Positions 36,187 through 45,524 of a stretch of 61,725 nt of DNA are shown one piece after another; within the stretch, counting starts at the first letter, position 1, and the number at the start of each line of letters is the position of its first letter. A program made the position numbers and the translations under genes. The stretch comes from Limnochordia bacterium. GTDB lineage: Bacteria > Bacillota > Limnochordia > DTU087 > JAAYGB01. The stretch spans positions 1 to 61,725 of the forward strand of contig JAWLBR010000006.1 of assembly GCA_041687495.1 (NCBI GenBank), written 5' to 3'. The notes under the pieces were generated by a model. It did not search any database. It was not told where the DNA came from and worked only from the letters and a program-made list of their open reading frames with translations.

Positions 36187-37776
36187 TTACTTATCCAGCC
36201 AAACGTCGGTGAACTGCTCGGTTCCGGTCGAGTGAGGCACATAGCCCTTCACGTAGTTGCGAGCCGGAATCGGAGGAGTGGAGTGAACCACATTCACCCA
36301 AGGTGCATCGTTGTGAATGACCTCCTGAGCCTTCTCGTATAGCTCTACCCGGCGGTCATGGTTCGGGGTTTGTTGAGCTTCGATCAGGATGTCGTGGAGC
36401 TCATCGCTGCGGTAGAAGGCAATGTTACCGGCGGTACCCTTGACAGCGTTGTCCTTGTCCAAGAGCACGTACAGGAAGTTGTCCGGGTCACCGTTGTCAC
36501 CGGTCCAGCCGAGCATTGCCATGGTGTGGGCGCCGTCCTCTGTCTTATCGAGGTAAGTAGCCCAGTCATAAGTAACGATCTTAGCGTTGATCCCAACGTC
36601 CATTAAGTCAGCTTGCATTGCCTCGGCAATTTTGCTGGGCTCAGGGAAGTAGGGACGGGGGTTTGGCATTGCCCAAAGCTCGGTCTCAAAGCCGTTGGGA
36701 TACCCGGCTTCTTTGAGAAGTTGACGAGCCTTGGCCGGATCGTAGCTATAGCCTTCCAGTTCATCGTTGTAGCCCCAGAGAGTCGGAGGAATCGGATTCT
36801 TGGCCGGTTCGCCCAGACCAGAGTAGAAGGCTTCAACGATCATCTCTTTGTTAATGGCGTAGTTGATGGCTTGGCGCACCTTGACGTTGTCAAAAGGCTT
36901 GACGTCCATGTTCATAGCTAGGTAGCCAATATTAAAGCTAGGACGCAGGAACAGGTGCAAGCTCTTGTCTTGATTGACGAACTCCACGTCAGAGGTATTC
37001 AGACCGTCCATGATGTCGATGTTCCCAGTTTGCAGCTCCAGGAATCGGGCTGAGTTATCCGGGATGACTCTAAAGATCACCCGATCCAAATGGGCCGTGC
37101 CATCCCAGTAGTCATCGTTGCGCTCGACGATGATCTGGGCATCCTGTTGCCAGGAGACGAACTTGAAAGGACCGGTACCAACTGGGTTCTTGAAGTAGTC
37201 GTCGCCGTACTTCTTGACCGCGGTTGGGCTGGAGATGGCGAACACCGGCATTGCCAAGTTCTGCAGGAACGGTGCTTGCGGTTGGTTGAGAGTGAACTGG
37301 ACAGTGTACTCGCTAACCGCCTTTACTTCCTCAACTACACCTGGGTAGCCACCAAACATGTAGCCCCAGTAGGCGAACTCGGTGTTGTGGTATGGGTGGC
37401 TTTCGTCTGACCAACGCTGGAAGTTGAAAACAACAGCGTCAGCGTTGAAGTCAGTACCGTCGTGGAACTTTACGCCCTCACGGAGGTTGAAGGTCCAGAC
37501 CAAACCATCCTCACTGGTCGTCCAGGAAGAGGCCAGAGCAGGCTCGACATCAGTGGTGTGCTTATTGTACTTGACCAATGTGTCAAACAACTGCTGGGTA
37601 ACAATGAGAGATTCACCATCGGTTACGTCTGAAGGATCTAGCTTTTTGGCGTCGCTGCCGCGGGCCCAAACCAGGGTTCCGCCATCCTTCGGTTCGGCAG
37701 CAAAGCCAGCCAAGGCTAAGCCCAAAACCATGGCCATGACAGTCAGCGTGACGAGAACAAGTCTTGCTTTTTTCAA
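36187..37776 (-). CDS. dppA: Dipeptide ABC substrate-binding protein
   Basis: Signal peptide; PALA.SW..S.DG..WTF.LR.GVKFHDG, GTGPFKF, RPY, GWTGDNGDPDNF. Confidence 0.9.
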   Translation of the reverse strand: MKKARLVLVTLTVMAMVLGLALAGFAAEPKDGGTLVWARGSDAKKLDPSDVTDGESLIVTQQLFDTLVKYNKHTTDVEPALASSWTTSEDGLVWTFNLREGVKFHDGTDFNADAVVFNFQRWSDESHPYHNTEFAYWGYMFGGYPGVVEEVKAVSEYTVQFTLNQPQAPFLQNLAMPVFAISSPTAVKKYGDDYFKNPVGTGPFKFVSWQQDAQIIVERNDDYWDGTAHLDRVIFRVIPDNSARFLELQTGNIDIMDGLNTSDVEFVNQDKSLHLFLRPSFNIGYLAMNMDVKPFDNVKVRQAINYAINKEMIVEAFYSGLGEPAKNPIPPTLWGYNDELEGYSYDPAKARQLLKEAGYPNGFETELWAMPNPRPYFPEPSKIAEAMQADLMDVGINAKIVTYDWATYLDKTEDGAHTMAMLGWTGDNGDPDNFLYVLLDKDNAVKGTAGNIAFYRSDELHDILIEAQQTPNHDRRVELYEKAQEVIHNDAPWVNVVHSTPPIPARNYVKGYVPHSTGTEQFTDVWLDK

Positions 37777-38100
37777 CTACTTACACTCCTCTCGGCCGTG
37801 TGGCCTCTAAATTATCCTTAGCGAATGCGACAGGTGACGCATCCACTGCAAGGCGATCCGATACACTCGGGTCGTAAACTAGAGTATTAGACATGTGCGC
37901 TGATTTCCCTCTCTCAATGCCAATATTGGCGCCGTTTTTCGTTGATGTATGTTGTATACTAGTATGGAAATCGGATTTTAACATATCTCTTAGTGATCGG
38001 GTCGCCGGCGCCGGGAAAAATGTTAGTTAACATTGTGGGCAGTGGAGCTGGAACTGCCCGGCAGATCTGCAATGTGATGGCAATAAATGCGGGGAATCTA

Positions 38101-38129
38101 TTGTATGTTTATACGAAGTGTTGTATAAT
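38101..38129 (+). promoter_or_regulatory. SigA promoter with overlapping ARG-box-like site
   Basis: TTGTAT-N17-TATAAT; TGTATGTTTATACG (38102-38115) resembles TGnATwwwwATnCA. Confidence 0.55.
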
Positions 38130-38204
38130 ACATTTTGTCCAGGCTGTGATGCCATATGGACCGAATCTTTCGGTAGAGGGTAGATAATTAAGGGAGGACT
38201 TGTC

Positions 38205-38945
38205 TTGAAAAAGCTCTTAGTGTTCGCACTGGTGCTCGGCCTTTTGGCAGCGGGAAGTGCCGCAGCAATGGCAAAAGAAACTGTATGGAAGGTCGGAACC
38301 GATGCAACGTTTCCCCCGTTTGAATCTGTAGACGACTTCACCGGGGAGTATGTAGGCTTTGATATGGACCTGATCAGAGCCATCGGCGACTACTTAGGTG
38401 TGAAAATTCAGATTGTCAATGTCGCTTGGGATGGGATTATCCCCGGGCTGCTCAATGGTAACTACGATCTTCTCATTGCGGCCATGACCATAACTCCCGA
38501 GCGGGCAATGGCGGTAGACTTTACCGACCCATATTTTGAAGCTAGTCAGCTGATTTTGGTTCGGGAAAATGACGATTCCATTCAAGGCCCGGACGATCTC
38601 AAAGGTAAATATGTGACTGTGCAGATCGGTACTACCGGTGATCTGTACGTTTCGGATTCCGATGTTGCCCGAGTCGGTCGGTTTAATACCGCTCCGGAGG
38701 CGCTTCTGGAGGTAACCAATGGCGGAGCTGACGCTTGCGTTGTTGACGCTGGTGTTGCCCAAGAGTATGTGGCTAAGAATCCCGGTCAAGTGAAGATTGT
38801 CGGTGTTCCCTTTACCGATGAGGCCTATGGCATAGCTGTGAACAAGGGTCAAGGCAAGATGCTCAGCCAGCTGAACGAGGCCCTGGCAGCTCTCAAGGCC
38901 AACGGAACCTACGACGAGATTTACGGTAAGTACTTCAACAAGTAG
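38205..38945 (+). CDS. Basic amino-acid ABC substrate-binding protein
   Basis: Signal peptide; VGTDATFPPFE, GFDMDL, WDGIIPGL, MTIT.ER, VQIGTTG, YGIAV. Confidence 0.92.
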   Translation: MKKLLVFALVLGLLAAGSAAAMAKETVWKVGTDATFPPFESVDDFTGEYVGFDMDLIRAIGDYLGVKIQIVNVAWDGIIPGLLNGNYDLLIAAMTITPERAMAVDFTDPYFEASQLILVRENDDSIQGPDDLKGKYVTVQIGTTGDLYVSDSDVARVGRFNTAPEALLEVTNGGADACVVDAGVAQEYVAKNPGQVKIVGVPFTDEAYGIAVNKGQGKMLSQLNEALAALKANGTYDEIYGKYFNK

Positions 38946-39100
38946 GGAACACTAGAGCCTAGACTGCTAGGTTGTCAAAGATAGATCTTGGTGCAGTTTA
39001 AGCCGCGAATACGTCGCGGCTTAAACTGCGTATTTCATTTTCTTAGGGAATTGGGAGTCGATATGCGATGTTAGGTGTGGTATCTCTAGTGCCGGGAGCT

Positions 39101-39763
39101 TTGAATTTGCGGTGGGACATTATGAGTCGGGCTTTGCCTTCCCATTTGGAGGGGGCCAAAGTTACACTGAGCCTGACTGCAACTTCGGTTTTGTTCGGAA
39201 TCATCATTGGAACCATCATTGGTATGGCCCGGATTTCTAAGCGGGCTGCCATCGCTCGGGTGGCGGGGGTCTATACCGATTTCTTCCGAGGCACGCCGCT
39301 GATCGTACAGATTTTCCTGGTGTACATGGGCCTGCCGCAGTTCGGAATTCGGCTCTCTCCTTGGGTGGCCGGTATCGTCGCGCTGAGTCTGAACAGCGCA
39401 GCCTATGTCGCAGAGATTGTGCGGGCAGGCATCCAGTCCATCGACCGGGGTCAAGCCGAAGCTGCGCAATCGACGGGGATGACGTGGGGACAGACCATGC
39501 GCTATATTATCTTGCCTCAGGCTTTTCGAAGAATTATCCCGCCCTTGGGAAATGAGTTCATTGCCTTGCTCAAGGATTCGTCTCTGGTGGCGGTAATTTC
39601 CCTGGAGGAGCTGCTGCGTAAGGGCCAGATCAACGTGACACGCTACTATCGACCCTTTGAGATCTACATTGAAGTAGCCATCATCTATCTGATCATGACC
39701 AAGACAATCTCGCTGCTGGTGGAATATTCCGAGCGGCGGCTGCGAATTGAGCGGAAAGCTTAG
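39101..39763 (+). CDS. Polar amino-acid ABC permease
   Basis: FRGTPLIVQ, LNSAAYVAEIVRAG, GQAEAA, LKDSSL; start approximate (TTG after GGGAG). Confidence 0.9.
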   Translation: MNLRWDIMSRALPSHLEGAKVTLSLTATSVLFGIIIGTIIGMARISKRAAIARVAGVYTDFFRGTPLIVQIFLVYMGLPQFGIRLSPWVAGIVALSLNSAAYVAEIVRAGIQSIDRGQAEAAQSTGMTWGQTMRYIILPQAFRRIIPPLGNEFIALLKDSSLVAVISLEELLRKGQINVTRYYRPFEIYIEVAIIYLIMTKTISLLVEYSERRLRIERKA

Positions 39764-39801
39764 GAGACAGGAATTTACGTGCTCATTTGGCTGCCGCACC
39801 G

Positions 39802-39831
39802 TTGACGCATGTCAACACTGTGTGGTATAAT
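39802..39831 (+). promoter_or_regulatory. SigA promoter of the cold-shock gene
   Basis: TTGACG-N18-TATAAT with an extended TG; implies a 5'UTR of about 125 nt. Confidence 0.7.
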
Positions 39832-39961
39832 TAACCTCGTAAAACTGCAACTCCTGGAATCCTAAAGTCCAGACTGCAGGCTAGTCTTTCCGGTAACGTA
39901 AGTCTTGCCAAGGTCGCCTTTTTGCTCCGGGAGCGGAAAGCATTAGGAGGAATGTTCATCA

Positions 39962-40159
39962 ATGTTAGGTCGTGTTAAGTGGTTCAGCGCTGAGAAGGGT
40001 TACGGTTTCATCGAGCGCGAGGACGGTGGCGACGTGTTCGTTCACTTTTCCGCGATTCAGTCAGAAGGCTTTAAGACCTTGGAAGAAGGCCAAGAGGTTC
40101 AATTCGACATTGTCGAAGGCAACCGTGGTCCGCAAGCTGCTAACGTTGTCAAGCTCTAG
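39962..40159 (+). CDS. Cold-shock protein (CspA family)
   Basis: GRVKWF..EKGYGFI (RNP1), DVFVHFSAI (RNP2), GPQAANV. Confidence 0.97.
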   Translation: MLGRVKWFSAEKGYGFIEREDGGDVFVHFSAIQSEGFKTLEEGQEVQFDIVEGNRGPQAANVVKL

Positions 40160-40182
40160 TCTGGACTTCTAACGCAGTGATT

Positions 40183-40213
40183 AAACCCCCAGAGTTTACT
40201 CTGGGGGTTTTTT
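40183..40213 (+). terminator. Intrinsic terminator after csp
   Basis: AAACCCCCAGAG/CTCTGGGGGTTT stem plus T-run. Confidence 0.88.
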
Positions 40214-40336
40214 GTTTAGTCGGCGGCTGAAGGGGGAAGATTGTTAGTAAGCAGGTGACAGAGATTTACAGGTGTTGAGGTGTCAATAGATAACATAATA
40301 TACTGAGGGCACCTTGCGATAAGGGAGATGGTGTAG

Positions 40337-40891
40337 ATGGCAGTAGGAACCAGCCGAGTCGTTGTCAATGGGAAGAACATCGACGTTACACCGGCGCTGC
40401 GTGCTCATACGGAGAAACAAGCAGCGAAGCTGGGGAAGTTTTTTGCGAAGGATCAGGAGATGTTTGTTGAGGCAGTGCTGGCGGTGCAGAGAGAGATTCA
40501 GTACGTGGAGATGACTCTGCAGGTCGGAGAACTGCTGATCCGGGCAGAAGGCAAGACTTCTGACATGTACGCTTCCATCGATGACGCCTTTGACAACTTG
40601 GAACGCCAGATCCGAAAGAACAAGACCCGAATTCAGCGCCGTACTCAGGGACCGAAGCTCTCTGAGACCTTTGCCAATGAGTTCTACGTGGAGACCGATG
40701 AGGCGGAGCTGCCTAAGGTTGTTCGCACGAAGCGCTTTGCCATGAAACCCATGTCAGTGGAAGAAGCGATTATGCAGATGGAACTTCTTGGCCACGACTT
40801 TTTCGTCTTCAGCAACGCTGGCACCAATGACGTCAACGTGGTGTATAGGCGCAAAGACGGCAACTACGGTCTGATCGAACCAACGTTGTAA
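40337..40891 (+). CDS. hpf: Ribosome hibernation promoting factor (long HPF/RaiA)
   Basis: GKNIDVTPALR, DMYASID..LERQIRK.K; C-terminal VRTKRF.MKPMS.EEA..QM.LLGHDFF.F..NVVY.RKDG.YGLIEP. Confidence 0.95.
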   Translation: MAVGTSRVVVNGKNIDVTPALRAHTEKQAAKLGKFFAKDQEMFVEAVLAVQREIQYVEMTLQVGELLIRAEGKTSDMYASIDDAFDNLERQIRKNKTRIQRRTQGPKLSETFANEFYVETDEAELPKVVRTKRFAMKPMSVEEAIMQMELLGHDFFVFSNAGTNDVNVVYRRKDGNYGLIEPTL

Positions 40892-40974
40892 ATGACCGTG
40901 GACGTGGGACATACGGGAGGGCAGATCCAGGGAGCTGGGTCTGTCCTTTACTTTTTTCGTACTTTTCAGGTTCC

Positions 40975-41003
40975 TTGTCGCTATTTGGGGACAATGGTAT
41001 AAT
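40975..41003 (+). promoter_or_regulatory. SigA promoter of secA
   Basis: TTGTCG-N17-TATAAT with an extended TG. Confidence 0.65.
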
Positions 41004-41056
41004 AAAAGGCAGTCTCAGCCGTTTCCACTGCTGGCATCAGGGAGGATGACCTGTAG

Positions 41057-43558
41057 ATGTTAGGTATATTGAAGAGATTCTTTGACACGAACCAGAAAGA
41101 ACTGGAGCGGCTCGAACGCATGGTTGCCGCCATCAACGAGCTGGAGCCAACGCTGACTGGCTTGAGTGATGAAGCTTTGCGAGACAAGACCACAGAGTTT
41201 CGCGATCGACTGACGGCAGGCGAGACCCTAGACGATCTGCTCTCAGAGGCTTTTGCCGTGGTAAGGGAGGCAGCGAAGCGGGTTCTGGGCATGCGGCACT
41301 TTGATGTTCAGCTAATGGGTGGCATCGTCCTGCACGAAGGACGCATCGCCGAAATGAAGACCGGTGAGGGTAAAACGTTGGTGGCTACCCTTCCAGTGTA
41401 CCTCAATGCCTTATCTGGTAAGGGCGTTCACCTAATTACCGTCAACGATTACCTGGCTCGGTTCCACGCAGAGTGGATGGGGCAGGTATATCGGTTCCTC
41501 GGCCTGACGGTTGGGGTCATCGTTCACGGACTCAGCTTCGCGGAGCGCCGGGAAGCCTATGCCTGTGACATTACCTACGGGACCAACAACGAGTTTGGAT
41601 TCGACTATCTGCGGGATAACATGGTGATGAGTGCTGACCATCTGGTGCAGCGGGAGCTGAACTACGTCATCGTCGACGAGGTTGACAGTATCCTCATCGA
41701 CGAAGCTCGGACGCCGCTGATCATCTCTGGACCGGCTGAAGAGTCGCCGGAGTTATACTACCACTTTGCTCGTATCGTTTCTCGCCTGAGGCCTGAGGCC
41801 CACTATGCAGTGGATGAAAAAGCCAAAACAGTGGCCATTACGGAAGAGGGCGTGGAGCATGTTGAGAAGCTGCTGGGCATCGATAATCTCTATGACGATG
41901 CCAACTTCGCCAAAGTTCACTACTTAACAGCGGCACTGAAGGCCAAGGAACTGTTTGCCAGGGACAGGGATTACGTGGTCAACGAGGGCCAAGTGGTCAT
42001 CGTCGACGAGTTTACTGGGCGCCTGATGCCCGGTCGTAGGTACAGCGACGGGTTGCACCAGGCCATCGAGGCCAAAGAAGGAGTCAAGATTGAACGGGAA
42101 AGCCAAACCTTGGCCTCCATCACTTTTCAAAACTTCTTCCGCATGTATAGCAAACTGTCGGGTATGACCGGTACCGCCAAAACTGAGGAGTCTGAGTTTC
42201 GCAAGATTTACGGCCTAGATGTAGTCACCATTCCTACACATAAGCCTATGATTAGAGTAGACCAAGATGATGCGGTGTACAAGACCGAAAAGGCCAAGTT
42301 TAACGCCGTAGTGGAAGAGATAGTACTGTGCCATGGGAAAGGGCAGCCGGTGCTAGTCGGCACTGTCAGCATCGAAAAGTCTGAACGGCTCAGTGAGATG
42401 CTCAAGCGCCGAGGGGTTCCCCATGAAGTGCTCAATGCCAAGAATCACGCCAGAGAAGCTGAGATTGTCAAGCTGGCGGGCCAGAGGGCCAGGGTAACCA
42501 TCGCTACCAATATGGCCGGGCGTGGTACGGATATCGTGTTGGGAGAAGGCGTGGCAGAATTGGGCGGCTTGTATGTAATTGGAACTGAGCGCCATGAAAG
42601 CCGCCGGATAGATAATCAGTTGCGGGGACGTTCTGGACGTCAGGGCGATCCCGGCACCTCTCGCTTCTTTGTTTCTTTGGAGGACGATCTCATGCGCCTG
42701 TTTGGCTCAGAGCGCATCACGGCGATCATGGACCGACTGGGTTGGGAAGAAGATCAGCCCATTGAGCACCCCCAGATCAGTCGTGCCATTGAGAACGCCC
42801 AGAAGAAAGTAGAAGCTCATCACTTCGACATCCGGGAACAAGTCCTGAAATATGACGATGTGATGAACCGGCAGAGGGAGCTGGTTTATGAGCTGCGCCA
42901 CCGTCTGCTGACCAAGGATCATGTCCATGATGTGGTCTTGGAGATGATGGAAGAGTATGCCGACATTTTGGTCAACACCTATGCAGACGAAAAGGTGTAC
43001 CCAGAGGACTGGGACTTCGCCCCGCTGGCGGAGCGGTTTGCCGAGATTACTAACTCCGCAGGAGTGGACCCAGAGCAGCTGCCCCGGGACCGAGAACAGC
43101 TTAAGACAGTGCTGGTGCAGAAACTTCAAGACGGCTATGGGGCGCGGGAGAGCGACCTGGGATCAGACAATGTGCGGGAGTTGGAAAGATATCTGCTGTT
43201 GCGGGTCATTGACAGCAAGTGGATTGACCATCTGCAGATTATGGACGATCTCCGGGAAGGGATTGGCCTGCGGGCTTACGGGCAGAAGGACCCGCTGATG
43301 GAGTATCGATTCGAAGGCTTCAAGGCCTTTGAAGAGATGATGAACAACGTTCGAGAAGACTTCATCCAGCTGTTGTTCCGGGTGGAGCTGGCTCAGCAGG
43401 AACAGGCCCCTGAGTCTCGCCTTCAGCATGCCACCACCAACCGCAGCACCGAAGGTAGTGTCACGGGTCAGGAGCCGCGGCGGGTGGAGAAGGTAGGCCG
43501 CAACGACCCCTGTCCGTGCGGGTCTGGTAAGAAGTACAAGAAGTGCTGCGGAAGGTAA
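41057..43558 (+). CDS. secA: Preprotein translocase ATPase SecA
   Basis: [40 protein letters not shown]-terminal SEC-C motif [18 protein letters not shown]. Confidence 0.98.
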   Translation: MLGILKRFFDTNQKELERLERMVAAINELEPTLTGLSDEALRDKTTEFRDRLTAGETLDDLLSEAFAVVREAAKRVLGMRHFDVQLMGGIVLHEGRIAEMKTGEGKTLVATLPVYLNALSGKGVHLITVNDYLARFHAEWMGQVYRFLGLTVGVIVHGLSFAERREAYACDITYGTNNEFGFDYLRDNMVMSADHLVQRELNYVIVDEVDSILIDEARTPLIISGPAEESPELYYHFARIVSRLRPEAHYAVDEKAKTVAITEEGVEHVEKLLGIDNLYDDANFAKVHYLTAALKAKELFARDRDYVVNEGQVVIVDEFTGRLMPGRRYSDGLHQAIEAKEGVKIERESQTLASITFQNFFRMYSKLSGMTGTAKTEESEFRKIYGLDVVTIPTHKPMIRVDQDDAVYKTEKAKFNAVVEEIVLCHGKGQPVLVGTVSIEKSERLSEMLKRRGVPHEVLNAKNHAREAEIVKLAGQRARVTIATNMAGRGTDIVLGEGVAELGGLYVIGTERHESRRIDNQLRGRSGRQGDPGTSRFFVSLEDDLMRLFGSERITAIMDRLGWEEDQPIEHPQISRAIENAQKKVEAHHFDIREQVLKYDDVMNRQRELVYELRHRLLTKDHVHDVVLEMMEEYADILVNTYADEKVYPEDWDFAPLAERFAEITNSAGVDPEQLPRDREQLKTVLVQKLQDGYGARESDLGSDNVRELERYLLLRVIDSKWIDHLQIMDDLREGIGLRAYGQKDPLMEYRFEGFKAFEEMMNNVREDFIQLLFRVELAQQEQAPESRLQHATTNRSTEGSVTGQEPRRVEKVGRNDPCPCGSGKKYKKCCGR

Positions 43559-43664
43559 GCCTCCGGCGGTTTCGGAAGTAGATTTGAAAGTGGAATAGAC
43601 TTAGGCGCATATTAGGAACCGGAATTTGCCTTTGATGTGAAGAAGATAAGGGGAGTGGCAGACC

Positions 43665-44775
43665 ATGCTTTTAGAGATTGAGGCCAGGGATCTGAGGGCG
43701 AAGCTGGAGGAGTTTCGCCGCCGGATCGATGAAATGAGGGACTATCTTTGACATTCCCGTCAAAGAATCTCAAATAGCAGAGCTGGAAGACAGAATGGCC
43801 CGCGCCGATTTCTGGGAGGACCAGGCGGCGGCACAGCAGGTTAGTCAACACGCGAACCAGTTAAAGAAAGCTGTGCAGCGGTGGCAGAAGGTCAGCGATC
43901 AGGTAGACGATCTGACGGTGCTCTTGGAGCTGGCCATGGATGAAGAGGACGAGGATGCCGCCGGTGAGGTGAAAGAGGAGCTGTCTGGGCTAGAGGCCGC
44001 TGTGGATCAGTTGGAGCTGGCCGCGCTGCTGTCGGGGCAGTACGACGACCACAATGTCCTGGTGGCCATCCATCCAGGGGCCGGTGGGACCGAATCTCAA
44101 GACTGGGCCGAGATGTTGATGCGGATGTATGTCCGCTGGGCCGAAAAACAGGGCCATAAAGTGGAAATACTAGATTATCTAGAGGGCGATGAGGCAGGCA
44201 TTAAAAGTGTCACTCTCCAGATCACTGGAGACTACGCCTATGGTTACCTAAAGGGCGAAAAAGGAGTTCATCGCCTGGTGCGGATCTCGCCTTTTGACGC
44301 TTCCGGACGCCGGCACACGTCGTTTGCCTCAGTGGATGTCTGGCCGGCTATCGAGAACGATGTGGAAGTAGAAATTGACCCATCGGATCTGCGGATTGAC
44401 ACCTATCGTTCCAGTGGAGCGGGTGGACAGCATGTGAACAAGACTGAGTCCGCCATTCGCATCACCCATATCCCCACCGGGATCGTGGTTCAGTGTCAGA
44501 CCGAGCGTTCACAGCACTCTAACAAGGACTCCGCGATGAAGATTTTGAAGGCCAAGCTGCTGGAAAAACAGCTGGCCGAGCAGGAGGCCAAGATTAGGGA
44601 CATCCACGGTGATTATGAAGACATCGCGTGGGGAAGCCAGATTCGCTCCTATGTGTTCTGTCCTTATACGATGGTCAAAGACCACCGTACCGAAGAAGAA
44701 ACGGGTAATGTCGACGCAGTGATGGATGGGGAGATTGACTCGTTCATCGAAGCTTATCTGCGCAAGAAACGGTAG
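43665..44775 (+). CDS. prfB: Peptide chain release factor 2, with programmed +1 frameshift
   Basis: ATG 43665 gives 28 codons (MLLEIEARD...MRDYL), then AGGGAC-TAT-CTT-TGA-C; the +1 frame from 43750 joins the listed ORF carrying SPF and GGQ motifs. Confidence 0.96.
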
Positions 44776-44816
44776 ATTTCCCGGGCCATGGGTAGGGGAA
44801 AGGCGGTGTTTGCTGA

Positions 44817-45524
44817 GTGCGGTTGAGCATATTGCTGGCGCTGGCCATTGCAGTTATCCTTGCTGGCGCCTTTCAGTTGGCCATTCCCCCCCTCTTGGAA
44901 CACGAGATTCAAAAAGCGGTAAGTGCGTCTGTGGACCAGGTCAATTACATTACTGTGGACGCACAGGCGATTCCGGCTACTAAGGTCGTCCTAGGCCGCA
45001 TCGACAAGCTGACCATTGATGCCAAGGAATTGGTGGTGGAAGGCCTGCCGATCGCGGCATTTCTCGCGTCTTTTCAAGGTGTACAAGTTGATGTACGTCA
45101 GATCTTGCGGGGCCAGTTGGCAGTTCAATCAGTCCGGCGTCTGCGGACAACAGTGCTGCTGGACGAGGACGGGCTGAACCAGTACTTCTGGGAGCGGGTG
45201 GACAAAAGTAAGCTGTTTTCCATCCGGCTAGTGGGTGGCTTTGCCCGTTTAGTGGGACAAGTCTCCCTCCTGGGCAGACCCATTGAATTAACTCTAAATG
45301 GCAAGTTCAAAATCGTGGGGCCAACGGCGGTGGAGTACGTGCCCACTGAGTTGGTTGTTTCTCAGACTCGAATCCCGAATTTCCTGCTCGATGCGGTGAT
45401 GCAGGAGCGGAGGTTTGTCATAGATCTGGCGCACCTTCCGGTTCCGGTGGAGATTGAGAGTATCAAGGTGGAGAACGGACGGGTGTACGTATTTGGAAGG
45501 GAGCGACAGTCCGGTGAGAAGTAA
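44817..45524 (+). CDS. DUF2993 / LmeA-like protein
   Basis: N-terminal anchor, V.A.P..K...GRID.L.I.A, L.E..LN.Y, DL..LPVPV.I..I.V..G. Confidence 0.65.
   Translation: MRLSILLALAIAVILAGAFQLAIPPLLEHEIQKAVSASVDQVNYITVDAQAIPATKVVLGRIDKLTIDAKELVVEGLPIAAFLASFQGVQVDVRQILRGQLAVQSVRRLRTTVLLDEDGLNQYFWERVDKSKLFSIRLVGGFARLVGQVSLLGRPIELTLNGKFKIVGPTAVEYVPTELVVSQTRIPNFLLDAVMQERRFVIDLAHLPVPVEIESIKVENGRVYVFGRERQSGEK

Noticed and set aside
543-39763. Accessory stretch as a single genomic island or prophage
   Set aside because: No integrase, transposase, att repeats, tRNA or obvious compositional break seen
43569-43600. GTTTCGGAAGTAGATTTGAAAG resembles a CRISPR repeat end
   Set aside because: Single short copy with no array and no cas genes
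43749-43751. In-frame TGA in prfB as a pseudogene lesion or selenocysteine codon
   Set aside because: It matches the canonical RF2 frameshift site, and the downstream sequence is in the +1 frame
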